Of a stretch of 64,000 nucleotides of DNA, positions 1-11,300 are shown in pieces. Position 1 is the stretch's first letter. Each line of letters starts with the position of its first letter. Position numbers and translations under genes: made by a program. Source of the stretch: Macrostomum lignano (taxonomy: Eukaryota); NCBI GenBank assembly GCA_002269645.1, contig NIVC01001300.1:62001-126000 (forward strand). The letters are read 5' to 3'. The notes beneath the pieces were generated by a model, which searched no databases, was not told the origin of the DNA, and saw only the letters and a list, made by a program, of their open reading frames with translations.

Positions 1-1582
1 GAGCGAGAAGTTTTAACCCTGATGCTGACGCAGCCCTGTACAGTGAGAGTGTACGGGCAGAGAGGGGTGGGTGGACAGAGAACCAGCCACTAGGTTGTTA
101 TACTGTTGAAGCATAGGGAGCGAGAAGTTTTAACCCCGATGCTGACGCAGCCCTGTACACTGAGCGTGTACGGGCAGAGGGTGGGTGGAAAGAGATGTGA
201 ACAACACAGCCTGCTACAGGAGCCGGATAGAGAGGCGCATGCTAGGACAGAGAGGTAGTGTGAGTCACACACACCCCACAGAGAAAGCCATACAGAGGAT
301 AGAGAGCTCCCTCCCCAGTTGCAGGGGACAGAGAGGCAGGCAGGGTATGCAGGGGCATGCGAACCGTCAAGGGGCCACGCGAGGATAGAGTGGAGGAGCA
401 GAGATGTGTTTGGACAGAGAGCCAGCCACGTGTGCGTAGTGTGAGGGAACAGAAACATATCGAGCAGGAGGGAGATGGGGAGCAAACGCGCAGGGTAAGG
501 GAGCCACACAGGGCGGTACAGTGAGACACGGGCAGGGGTGGAGCCGTGCGTGGACAGAGCTGAACGGCACGGTCAGCTGCAGGAATAGGATGATAGAGAG
601 GCGCGGAGGGGGACAGAGAGCAGTGTGCAGGGGTAGGCAGCCACGCAGGCTGGGGAACAGAGAGGCGCGTGTCAGCCAGTTGCAGCCCGGGACAGAGAAG
701 TATGAAGGGGGGCCTGGGACAGAGTTGCGAGCAAGGCACAGAGAGAGGTAGGGTCTGGTAGCTATGTATAGACAGGGACCCACGCGAGGGCAGGACAGGG
801 GAGTAGACATGCAAGGGCAGAGAGGTGTGCGCGGAGGGAGACAGAGAGCAGTGTGTAGGGGTAGGTAACAGCAAACTTTAGTAGAGGCGCGCGCGGGGAC
901 GGAGAAACCAGTCTGAGCGTACAGAGACGTTACAGAGAGGTACACAAACAGAGAATACTAAAAAGCACATGTGTAGGGACAGAGACGTGAGGGAGAATCC
1001 ACCAAAACACGCTATGTATTATCAAAAGTTGGTTTTAGTGCCGCATATTTAATAGTGGGTAGTATAATAGTATGTACATAGTAGGTATAATAGTAGTAAT
1101 AATAGTAAGCATATTAGCCCAAAAGGTAGGCTAAAACTGCTAAACAGTGTACACATCCTCATCATCCCACAAGCCCCCTCTCCCGCCAGACTCACTCTTC
1201 CAGACCCTCCTGTATTGCTGTATGTAAGGAAAATATAGTGTAAAAATTCAGATGTTAACCTCTAGACCGCTGAAATCAGGGCACACTAGAGGGGTTTCGA
1301 GGGTCTGCAAGCTCTATGTAAGCTGCTCGAGGAGGTTCCAGGGGTGTCGGGAGGGTTTCCATTATGATTTTGAAAAAAAACTGGAGGCTTAAATACAACG
1401 TTTTATTCAAAAGCAGGTTATTTTAATGAAATAGCCAACACAACCATCGTCGAGAGTAGATTTTTATAAGAAACTAGGTATTACAGCAAAATAAACCTTC
1501 AAACCATATAAAATTGAATAAAAAGCAGACATAATAAATGGCAAGTATTTTAATAGAAAAGTAAGCGAATTAGTCACCCGGG

Positions 1583-1702
1583 GTGTACATCCGGCAGGGT
1601 GGGCGTCCAGCGAGTGTACATCTGACAGGATGGGTGTTCAGCAAGTGTACATCTGACAAGGTGGGCGTTCAGCAAGTGTACCTTCAGCGTCGAGTAGGTG
1701 TA
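1583..1702 (+). repeat. About 4 degenerate ~31-bp repeats each starting GTGTAC (mirror copy 5292-5411)
   Basis: Units read gtgtacatccggcagggtgggcgtccagcga, gtgtacatctgacaggatgggtgttcagcaa, gtgtacatctgacaaggtgggcgttcagcaa and gtgtaccttcagcg... Confidence 0.85.
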
Positions 1703-3457
1703 CACCCGTCAGTGGGGAACTCCGCCCCTCCCACCAATGTCGTGTGCATGCGGTTAGTCAGTATAGTGGTGGGGTAGACGGTGCAGGAAGGAAACCCAGA
1801 TGCTGACGCTGCCCTGTACAGCGAGCAACCAGCCCTCCTGTAGCAGGAGGGGGACAGAGAGTGCGTGGAGGCAGTAGGAGATAGAGGACGCTACCCGGCA
1901 TGTCGCAGCACGCGGCGCGGGACAGAGAGGCAGTGTGTAAGTCACCCCGCGGAGGGACAGAGAGCTGCCCTGGCAGGAGGCGCGGGACAGAGAGGCGGTG
2001 AATCACACCCCACGGAGAGAGCCGTACAGCGAGCTTCCCCACCCGAGTCCGGTAAATATTACAGAGTATTACGTGCACACGCCAGCCCTGAATACCAAGC
2101 CATACTAGTCTACCTGCAGTGCTCCCAGAGGGAAGGGATGGTCAGGAGTTACACACCAAGAATGCATTCATACAAAGAGTACACAACTCGAGCCCAGACA
2201 CCAAGTCACAGTCTACTTACAGTAGAGATGGTAGATTAATAGCAAGATTATATTACAATTAGACCTCCCTAGCACATGAGGAGTGAAATTCAATAATAAT
2301 TGAATTCAATAATAATACAACATTTAGACGTAGTAATTTAATTACAAAATACCACTAACACTGAGCCAACGAATTGTAGGTTACAAAGGAGTTGCCACTC
2401 ATATGGAAAGCCAGTATAATGCAGGTGTATATTATTAAAACATAGACAAAAACGATGCAGACGTATATACACACTATTGATTTTGTACATGTACATTTCG
2501 GCATATTACCACACATCGCGGGCACATATTATATATCGGGGGATAGGTTAAAATACACACATCGTAGATGTAGAAGCAGACACAATGCAGGAAAATTATG
2601 ATACGAGTGTACATATTAGTGCGTAAAAGTATCATATTATGACACCCTGTAGCACATATTGACATAATGCAGGGGAAAATATTGACAGAAATAGTACACA
2701 ATTGTAGAGGTAACAACCCGCCAACTAGTAAGGGCATCCAGCACTTGTTCAGGTTTTTATTATTTCGAGACGAGTGTCATGCCCCCGCAAGAGATCTTAT
2801 CAGAAATTTGTTGAACTCCACTGCAACTCTCCCCAGAGCCTCCAAATGTGAGTTTTTAACCCAGGGTCGAGTACAAAGGACCCGCCCACTCTTAACCCCA
2901 AGGGGTGATCCTAGCGGAGACCAAGTACAGTGCGGACGGAGAGGGGTAACAGAAAGCGCTGCATCAGACCGCGGGCTGCATTCCTCCCCGAGGTAGGCGC
3001 GTCAGCTCCCACTCCTCATTTAACCATCAAGTAAACTAAAGAAGTCAAGCAGAAAGCCTTACAATCACCCGCAACCAGCACAAGTAAGAGTACTTTCCAC
3101 TAGAGAGCCATAGTGCAAGATTCGCGAGCCAAGTTGAAGAAGCACACCAAATTACACTAAAGACATATGTATTAAAAAGCATACCGGCACCTCTACAAAA
3201 ACACAGTATGTACCGATTAAAGTTGCTTTTGGTGCAGTGTATTTAATAAAAAGCAGGTACCTAACACAAAAGTAGGCATCAATGCAGTGCACGGGCTAAA
3301 CTGTATTTACAAACGCAGGGCAACGAACTACACACAATGTAGCGCATAGACATAATTGTACGCATAAATGTACGCAATTTCCGGTATATAGGACCAAATG
3401 TACGCAAATGTACACAATGTACACAAACACAAACACACACACACACACACTCAGGCG

Positions 3458-3532
3458 CATCCTGCAGCGCATCCTGCAGCACCGATCGCCGCAGGCGATG
3501 GCGCCATCGGCAGGAAGCTCTTGCTGTGAATA
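3458..3532. other. Central asymmetric spacer able to fold as an imperfect branched hairpin
   Basis: CCGAT 3482-3486 pairs with ATCGG 3506-3510. Inside are CGCC-gca-GGCG (3487-3497) and the palindrome GATGGCGCCATC (3497-3508). The flanks are partially complementary. Confidence 0.75.
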
Positions 3533-6500
3533 CGCCTGAGTGTGTGTGTGTGTGTGTGTTTGTGTTTGTGTACATTGTGTACATTTGCGTACATTTGGTC
3601 CTATATACCGGAAATTGCGTACATTTATGCGTACAATTATGTCTATGCGCTACATTGTGTGTAGTTCGTTGCCCTGCGTTTGTAAATACAGTTTAGCCCG
3701 TGCACTGCATTGATGCCTACTTTTGTGTTAGGTACCTGCTTTTTATTAAATACACTGCACCAAAAGCAACTTTAATCGGTACATACTGTGTTTTTGTAGA
3801 GGTGCCGGTATGCTTTTTAATACATATGTCTTTAGTGTAATTTGGTGTGCTTCTTCAACTTGGCTCGCGAATCTTGCACTATGGCTCTCTAGTGGAAAGT
3901 ACTCTTACTTGTGCTGGTTGCGGGTGATTGTAAGGCTTTCTGCTTGACTTCTTTAGTTTACTTGATGGTTAAATGAGGAGTGGGAGCTGACGCGCCTACC
4001 TCGGGGGAGGAATGCAGCCCGCGGTCTGATGCAGCGCTTTCTGTTACCCCTCTCCGTCCGCACTGTACTTGGTCTCCGCTAGGATCACCCCTTGGGGTTA
4101 AGAGTGGGCGGGTCCTTTGTACTCGACCCTGGGTTAAAAACTCACATTTGGAGGCTCTGGGGAGAGTTGCAGTGGAGTTCAACAAATTTCTGATAAGATC
4201 TCTTGCGGGGGCATGACACTCGTCTCGAAATAATAAAAACCTGAACAAGTGCTGGATGCCCTTACTAGTTGGCGGGTTGTTACCTCTACAATTGTGTACT
4301 ATTTCTGTCAATATTTTCCCCTGCATTATGTCAATATGTGCTACAGGGTGTCATAATATGATACTTTTACGCACTAATATGTACACTCGTATCATAATTT
4401 TCCTGCATTGTGTCTGCTTCTACATCTACGATGTGTGTATTTTAACCTATCCCCCGATATATAATATGTGCCCGCGATGTGTGGTAATATGCCGAAATGT
4501 ACATGTACAAAATCAATAGTGTGTATATACGTCTGCATCGTTTTTGTCTATGTTTTAATAATATACACCTGCATTATACTGGCTTTCCATATGAGTGGCA
4601 ACTCCTTTGTAACCTACAATTCGTTGGCTCAGTGTTAGTGGTATTTTGTAATTAAATTACTACGTCTAAATGTTGTATTATTATTGAATTCAATTATTAT
4701 TGAATTTCACTCCTCATGTGCTAGGGAGGTCTAATTGTAATATAATCTTGCTATTAATCTACCATCTCTACTGTAAGTAGACTGTGACTTGGTGTCTGGG
4801 CTCGAGTTGTGTACTCTTTGTATGAATGCATTCTTGGTGTGTAACTCCTGACCATCCCTTCCCTCTGGGAGCACTGCAGGTAGACTAGTATGGCTTGGTA
4901 TTCAGGGCTGGCGTGTGCACGTAATACTCTGTAATATTTACCGGACTCGGGTGGGGAAGCTCGCTGTACGGCTCTCTCCGTGGGGTGTGATTCACCGCCT
5001 CTCTGTCCCGCGCCTCCTGCCAGGGCAGCTCTCTGTCCCTCCGCGGGGGTGACTTACACACTGCCTCTCTGTCCCGCGCCGCGTGCTGCGACATGCCGGG
5101 TAGCGTCCTCTATCTCCTACTGCCTCCACGCACTCTCTGTCCCCCTCCTGCTACAGGAGGGCTGGTTGCTCGCTGTACAGGGCAGCGTCAGCATCTGGGT
5201 TTCCTTCCTGCACCGTCTACCCCACCACTATACTGACTAACCGCATGCACACGACATTGGTGGGAGGGGCGGAGTTCCCCACTGACGGGTGTACACCTAC
5301 TCGACGCTGAAGGTACACTTGCTGAACGCCCACCTTGTCAGATGTACACTTGCTGAACACCCATCCTGTCAGATGTACACTCGCTGGACGCCCACCCTGC
5401 CGGATGTACACCCCGGGTGACTAATTCGCTTACTTTTCTATTAAAATACTTGCCATTTATTATGTCTGCTTTTTATTCAATTTTATATGGTTTGAAGGTT
5501 TATTTTGCTGTAATACCTAGTTTCTTATAAAAATCTACTCTCGACGATGGTTGTGTTGGCTATTTCATTAAAATAACCTGCTTTTGAATAAAACGTTGTA
5601 TTTAAGCCTCCAGTTTTTTTTCAAAATCATAATGGAAACCCTCCCGACACCCCTGGAACCTCCTCGAGCAGCTTACATAGAGCTTGCAGACCCTCGAAAC
5701 CCCTCTAGTGTGCCCTGATTTCAGCGGTCTAGAGGTTAACATCTGAATTTTTACACTATATTTTCCTTACATACAGCAATACAGGAGGGTCTGGAAGAGT
5801 GAGTCTGGCGGGAGAGGGGGCTTGTGGGATGATGAGGATGTGTACACTGTTTAGCAGTTTTAGCCTACCTTTTGGGCTAATATGCTTACTATTATTACTA
5901 CTATTATACCTACTATGTACATACTATTATACTACCCACTATTAAATATGCGGCACTAAAACCAACTTTTGATAATACATAGCGTGTTTTGGTGGATTCT
6001 CCCTCACGTCTCTGTCCCTACACATGTGCTTTTTAGTATTCTCTGTTTGTGTACCTCTCTGTAACGTCTCTGTACGCTCAGACTGGTTTCTCCGTCCCCG
6101 CGCGCGCCTCTACTAAAGTTTGCTGTTACCTACCCCTACACACTGCTCTCTGTCTCCCTCCGCGCACACCTCTCTGCCCTTGCATGTCTACTCCCCTGTC
6201 CTGCCCTCGCGTGGGTCCCTGTCTATACATAGCTACCAGACCCTACCTCTCTCTGTGCCTTGCTCGCAACTCTGTCCCAGGCCCCCCTTCATACTTCTCT
6301 GTCCCGGGCTGCAACTGGCTGACACGCGCCTCTCTGTTCCCCAGCCTGCGTGGCTGCCTACCCCTGCACACTGCTCTCTGTCCCCCTCCGCGCCTCTCTA
6401 TCATCCTATTCCTGCAGCTGACCGTGCCGTTCAGCTCTGTCCACGCACGGCTCCACCCCTGCCCGTGTCTCACTGTACCGCCCTGTGTGGCTCCCTTACC

Positions 6501-6804
6501 CTGCGCGTTTGCTCCCCATCTCCCTCCTGCTCGATATGTTTCTGTTCCCTCACACTACGCACACGTGGCTGGCTCTCTGTCCAAACACATCTCTGCTCCT
6601 CCACTCTATCCTCGCGTGGCCCCTTGACGGTTCGCATGCCCCTGCATACCCTGCCTGCCTCTCTGTCCCCTGCAACTGGGGAGGGAGCTCTCTATCCTCT
6701 GTATGGCTTTCTCTGTGGGGTGTGTGTGACTCACACTACCTCTCTGTCCTAGCATGCGCCTCTCTATCCGGCTCCTGTAGCAGGCTGTGTTGTTCACATC
6801 TCTT

Positions 6805-7235
6805 TCCACCCACCCTCTGCCCGTACACGCTCAGTGTACAGGGCTGCGTCAGCATCGGGGTTAAAACTTCTCGCTCCCTATGCTTCAACAGTATAACAAC
6901 CTAGTGGCTGGTTCTCTGTCCACCCACCCCTCTCTGCCCGTACACTCTCACTGTACAGGGCTGCGTCAGCATCAGGGTTAAAACTTCTCGCTCTCTATGC
7001 TTCAACAGTATAATAACCTAGTGGCCGTCTCTCTGTCCACCCCCCCCCTTTCTGCTCGTACACGCTCATTGTACAGGGCTGCGTCAGCGTTAGGGTTGAA
7101 ACTTCTCGCTCTCTATGCTTCAACAGTATAATAACCTAGTGGCCGTCTCTCTGTCCACCCCCCCCCCTTTCTGCCCGTACACGCTCATTGTACAGGGCTG
7201 CGTCAGCGTTAGGGTTGAAACTTCTCGCTCCCTAT
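6805..7235. repeat. ~118-bp tandem repeat, ~3.6 copies (mirror partial copies at 1-190)
   Basis: GTACAGGGCTGCGTCAGC recurs at 6836, 6953, 7071 and 7190 (spacing 117-119). Confidence 0.95.
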
Positions 7236-7240
7236 ACCCC

Positions 7241-7655
7241 ACAACCGTGTAGTGTCCTAGTATGGGCGCGACCTGGGTTCGATTTCGCTAGTTGAGATGT
7301 AGGTGAGAGAGGGGAAGAGGCCCGTATCGATGACTACATATCGGTGTACACACATATCGGGAGAGTGTACACTCGGGGCGCCTGCTGCATACATATCGGG
7401 AGGGGCGCCTGAGGCGGGGAGGGCGCCTGCGGCATACATGTCGGGGGAGGGCGCGTGCGGCGGGGAGGGGCGCCTGCGGCATGGACGCCTGCTGCTCTGG
7501 AGGGTGCGCTTGGGATCTGATTGATTTGGGATCTGATTTATTTATTGGGATCTAATATCGGGAGGGTGCGCCTGCGGCGCTTGGCGCCTGCGGCGCGCGC
7601 GCGCGCCGAGCGCCGATATCGATACGGGTATCGATCACCTAGTGATCGGGGCGCC
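7241..7655. other. GC-rich terminal module with iterated motifs, a (CG)n palindrome and a Y-shaped hairpin
   Basis: CGCCTGCGGC occurs at 7424, 7471, 7569 and 7585, plus variants. (C/A)ATATCGG is repeated and TTGGGATCT occurs three times. The palindrome CGGCGCGCGCGCGCGCCG lies at 7591-7608. The hairpin CCGAT-[ATCGATAC gg GTATCGAT][CAC cta GTG]-ATCGG lies at 7613-7649. Confidence 0.75.
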
Positions 7656-7727
7656 AGCCAATGAGAGGCGAGGAGGGTTGACACCCACCTCACCTCCAAA
7701 ATCAAGCCTTACGGGTTCATATAGTAG

Positions 7728-8336
7728 TGACACAACCCACCTGTATCCCACAGACACAACCCACCTGTATCCCACAGACACAACCCACCTGTATCCCACA
7801 GACACAACCCACCTGTATCCCACAGACACAACCCACCTGTATCCCACAGACACAACCCACCTGTATCCCACAGACACAACCCACCTGTATCCCACAGACA
7901 CAACCCACCTGTATCCCACAGACACAATCCACCTGTATCCCACAGACACAACCCACCTGTATCCCACAGACACAACCCACCTGTATCCCACAGACACAAC
8001 CCACCTGTATCCCACAGACACAACCCACCTGTATCCCAGACACAACCCACCTGTATCCCAGACACAACCCACCTGTATCCCACAGACACAACCCACCTGT
8101 ATCCCACAGACACAACCCACCTGTATCCCACAGACACAACCCACCTGTATCCCACAGACAGACACAACCCACCTGTATCCCACAGACAGACACAACCCAC
8201 CTGTATCCCACAGACAGACACAACCCACCTGTATCCCACAGACACAAACCACCTGTATCCCACAGACACAACCTACCTGTATCCCACAGACAGACACAAC
8301 CCACCTGTATCCCACAGACACAACCCACCTGTATCC
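7728..8336. repeat. 24-bp minisatellite CACAGACACAACCCACCTGTATCC (~25 copies) containing the GOPC exon-4 donor
   Basis: The periodicity is directly visible and gives an 8-aa repeat TDTTHLYP in the ORF track. Confidence 0.97.
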
Positions 8337-11300
8337 AGTGGCCAGATCCACAAACCGGTCGTCCTCATCTTCATCAGTCACTTCGTCATCATCAGCACTC
8401 CCTGGCTGGTCAACATCGGCAACAAAGACCAGAGTGAGTTCCACAGTGGACTCTCGAAGATGACTCAGCACTTGCACAGCGTCGTGATGTCGAGCCTCTC
8501 TCAGCGACACTCCGTCAACAGACAGAATGGCATCGCCAACATGAATCAGACCGCATCGAGCAGCTGGCAGACCCGGATGCAGCTCGGAAATGAGAATTGG
8601 GGCCCCGTGCTCGCGGCCTCCAACAATGGACACGCCTAAGCCTTCACCGGGGTCCTTGCTGACGCTGACTTGACGCGGTGAACAGTCAGTCAGCGATTCC
8701 TCCTGACCCGGTGCCAAGCCGTTGTTTGGTAGGAACCTAAAATGCATTTTGTTGAGTTTTGTCTACTAAAAGTAGCGAGAAGCATTTTTTAGGAGAATTA
8801 TGGCAGATTCTCAAGGGGAATTGAGAGAGATTCCCAAGGGGTTGTGGCAGATTCTCTATACGTATTGGGGGAGATACTCAACGGGAATTGGGGGAGATAA
8901 TCAAGGGGAATTGGGAAGGATTATCAAGCGGATTGGGGTAGATTCTCAAGGGGAATGGGGATATTCTTGGGGAATTCAGGGGAGATTCTTAAGGGAATTC
9001 GGGGAGATTTTCAAGATAATGGTGGGGAGATTCTTAAAGGGAATTAGGGAGATTCTCCAAGGGAATTGGCAGGAGATTCTCAAAGGGAATTCGGGAGATT
9101 CTCAAGGGAAATTCGGGAGATTCTCAAGGGAAATTGGAAGAGATTCTTAAAGGAATAGGGAGAGATTTTTAAGGGGAATCGGGGAAGATTAATAATAGCC
9201 TGTGCTCAAGGTCAGGCGAGTCAGTCTTTACAATCGTCAATCGCAGATTTCACCGACCTGGCAACGGAACGACCGCGACTCGCTCGAAGCAAAGTTTTGC
9301 ACCTGTGCAGTCGGATCTCAGCCTCCAGCTGCGACCACAGCCGCCTGCGCTCGCCAGGGCCCATCGGGTGACGGCCGCCGCCGCTGCCTCCGCTGCCACC
9401 ACCGCTGACACCGTCTGAAATGTAAAAATTAAAGGTTGAAATGGATTGATTGGAGTTGATGATGCGTTTTAAAGGCTGACCCAGACAATGATGATCTGGG
9501 AGGCTGGCCCAGCAACTGATGATCTGGGAGGCTGGCCCAGCAACTGAGGAACTGGGAGGCTGGCCCAGCAACCGATGATCTGGGAGGCTGGCCCAGCAAC
9601 TGATGATCTGGGAGGCTGGCCCAGCAACTGAGGATCTGGCAGGCTGGCCCAGCAACTGAGGATCTGGCAGGCTGGCCCAGCAACTGATGAGGATCTGGGA
9701 GGCTGGCGCAGCAACTGGGGATCTGAGAGGCTGGCCCAGCAACTGAAGATCTGGCAGGCTGGCCCAGCTACTGAGGATCTGGGAGGCTGGCCCAGCAACT
9801 GAGGATCTGGGAGGCTGGCCCAGTAAGGCTGGCACTCACCCAGACCAGTCCCATTGCTGCTGGCAGTCAGCAGCTGCATCTGTTGCACACGACCTGCCAG
9901 CTCCTTATTGAGGTATTTGGCAGTCAGGCGGGCAGCATACAGCTCAGTCTGCAGAGCCAGGCAGTACCGTCTGAGCTCAGCGTTCTCATTCACAACAATA
10001 TCCCGTTCGAATTTCAGAATCTCAGACTTGGCAGAGTCTGAGGATGCGGGCTGCGGAGGCTGGGCATCAACATCTGCTAGTGATGATGAAGCCTTGGCTG
10101 ATGCTGCACCAGCAGAGCTTGCAGCTGCGGCCTGAGCAGAGGCCAGGTCTGTGCGCATGGATACCAGCTGAGCCTAAAAAAATGTTGTCTTTTTTACAAT
10201 ACCATTATGGCAGACTGATTGATCAAGTTTTACTTTTTATTTAGAGGCTGGTGCGTGGTTACTTTTATTGAAAGTACATTTTAGTTAATATTATAGTAAA
10301 TGCATGTTACCTATTTATTGTATAACTTTACAGACAATTTAGAGCCTTCTTATAAGCTCAGTGTTTTGTGATAGAGGGTTGTAGCCAGTCTTACAACTGT
10401 AAGGTCAGGGTTTTGATTCTTAAAATCCCACTGGAACAATTTGTGTCCTTGAGCAAGACACTTAACTCTACATTGCTTCAGTTCACCCAGCTGTAAAATG
10501 GGGTGCCAAAATTAGCTGGGGTAATTGAGGGCTGTTTGGCAACCCCCCATCCCAGTCATTGGACTGAACAGCCTTACATTAGGTAATTTCAGTTCCATAT
10601 TTCTGTAATTAATATTATTCTGGAGCATTTTGGGATTTTGTGGATTTTAAAACATTTCAATAGTTAGTTTTAAACATAGAGTTTATAGATTTAAAAGCTT
10701 TTATAGGTCAGAGGTTTAGAAATATAAAGGGTAGGATATTTTGATAGATTTATAGACTACATTATATTGTCATTGTCAAAGGCATAAGAGCAGTTGTTAG
10801 CTTTTATATATACCAGTGGAGCCATTGTAGATACCCATTTTACTATATTTACTATAGTATTCTTTAGCTTAGATTTCTGCCATTGATTTGGATATACACA
10901 AGGAAAGTTGTTAATGAAGTTGTTGATAAAGTTTGTAGAGATATAAATATACCTTGTCTCTAATAATGCCTAGGTCCAGACTGCCCTTCATATTTATAGG
11001 GTATACATATTTGTTGTATCTGGTTGGTTGCTAATATTGGCCACTTACTTACTGTGATTTAAAAGACTATTGAAAGCCTTTGATTTCATTGGTAAAGGAT
11101 AACTTAGCAATAAGTAAATAAATTAATATTGCAAACTTCAGAGCCTATGAAAGGAACCCTTAAATTCTTCAGTTAGAACTAAAGTTAATATAAATTAACT
11201 TTCATTTATATCTAAGTTGCCAGCTGTCTAGGAGAAGATATGCATTAAACCTAACAGTCTATCCACTTAGCTTTAGATATAAGAAAAGATAAATTGAATA

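Larger units (their letters stand above)
1..6993. repeat. Near-perfect long inverted repeat: arms 1-3457 and 3533-6993 around a 75-nt spacer; the left arm is cut by the window edge
   Basis: The ORF track is mirror-symmetric with identical translations (90..509- vs 6485..6904+, 1583..1777+ vs 5217..5411-, 2474..2737- vs 4256..4519+). The inner arm ends are CTCAGGCG (3450-3457) and CGCCTGAG (3533-3540). The only differences I found are three slippage indels. Confidence 0.97.

Noticed and set aside
2695-3246. A frame with sparse TAA/TGA stops suggesting an alternative genetic code or decayed gene
   Set aside because: Both TAA and TGA would need reassignment and the peptide resembles nothing I recognise. 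A tBLASTx or HMM search would be needed to revive it.
3458-3532. Missed SMRTbell adapter as the cause of the palindrome
   Set aside because: The spacer does not resemble the CT-rich PacBio hairpin adapter and shares motifs with 7400-7650. Other chimera types are not excluded.
90-6904. ORFs inside the palindrome (e.g. 242..874, 2667..2996, 3958..4326) as Rep, capsid or transposase genes
   Set aside because: No HUH, Walker, DDE or polymerase motifs are present. Composition is repeat-driven, and the 2667/4326 pair differs by a frameshift.
7262-7295. tRNA gene at GGGTTCGATT
   Set aside because: Only a B-box-like word is present, with no properly spaced A box or cloverleaf.
1-7655. Palindromic extrachromosomal rDNA or a true telomere
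   Set aside because: There is no rRNA sequence and no TTAGGG array in or next to the palindrome.
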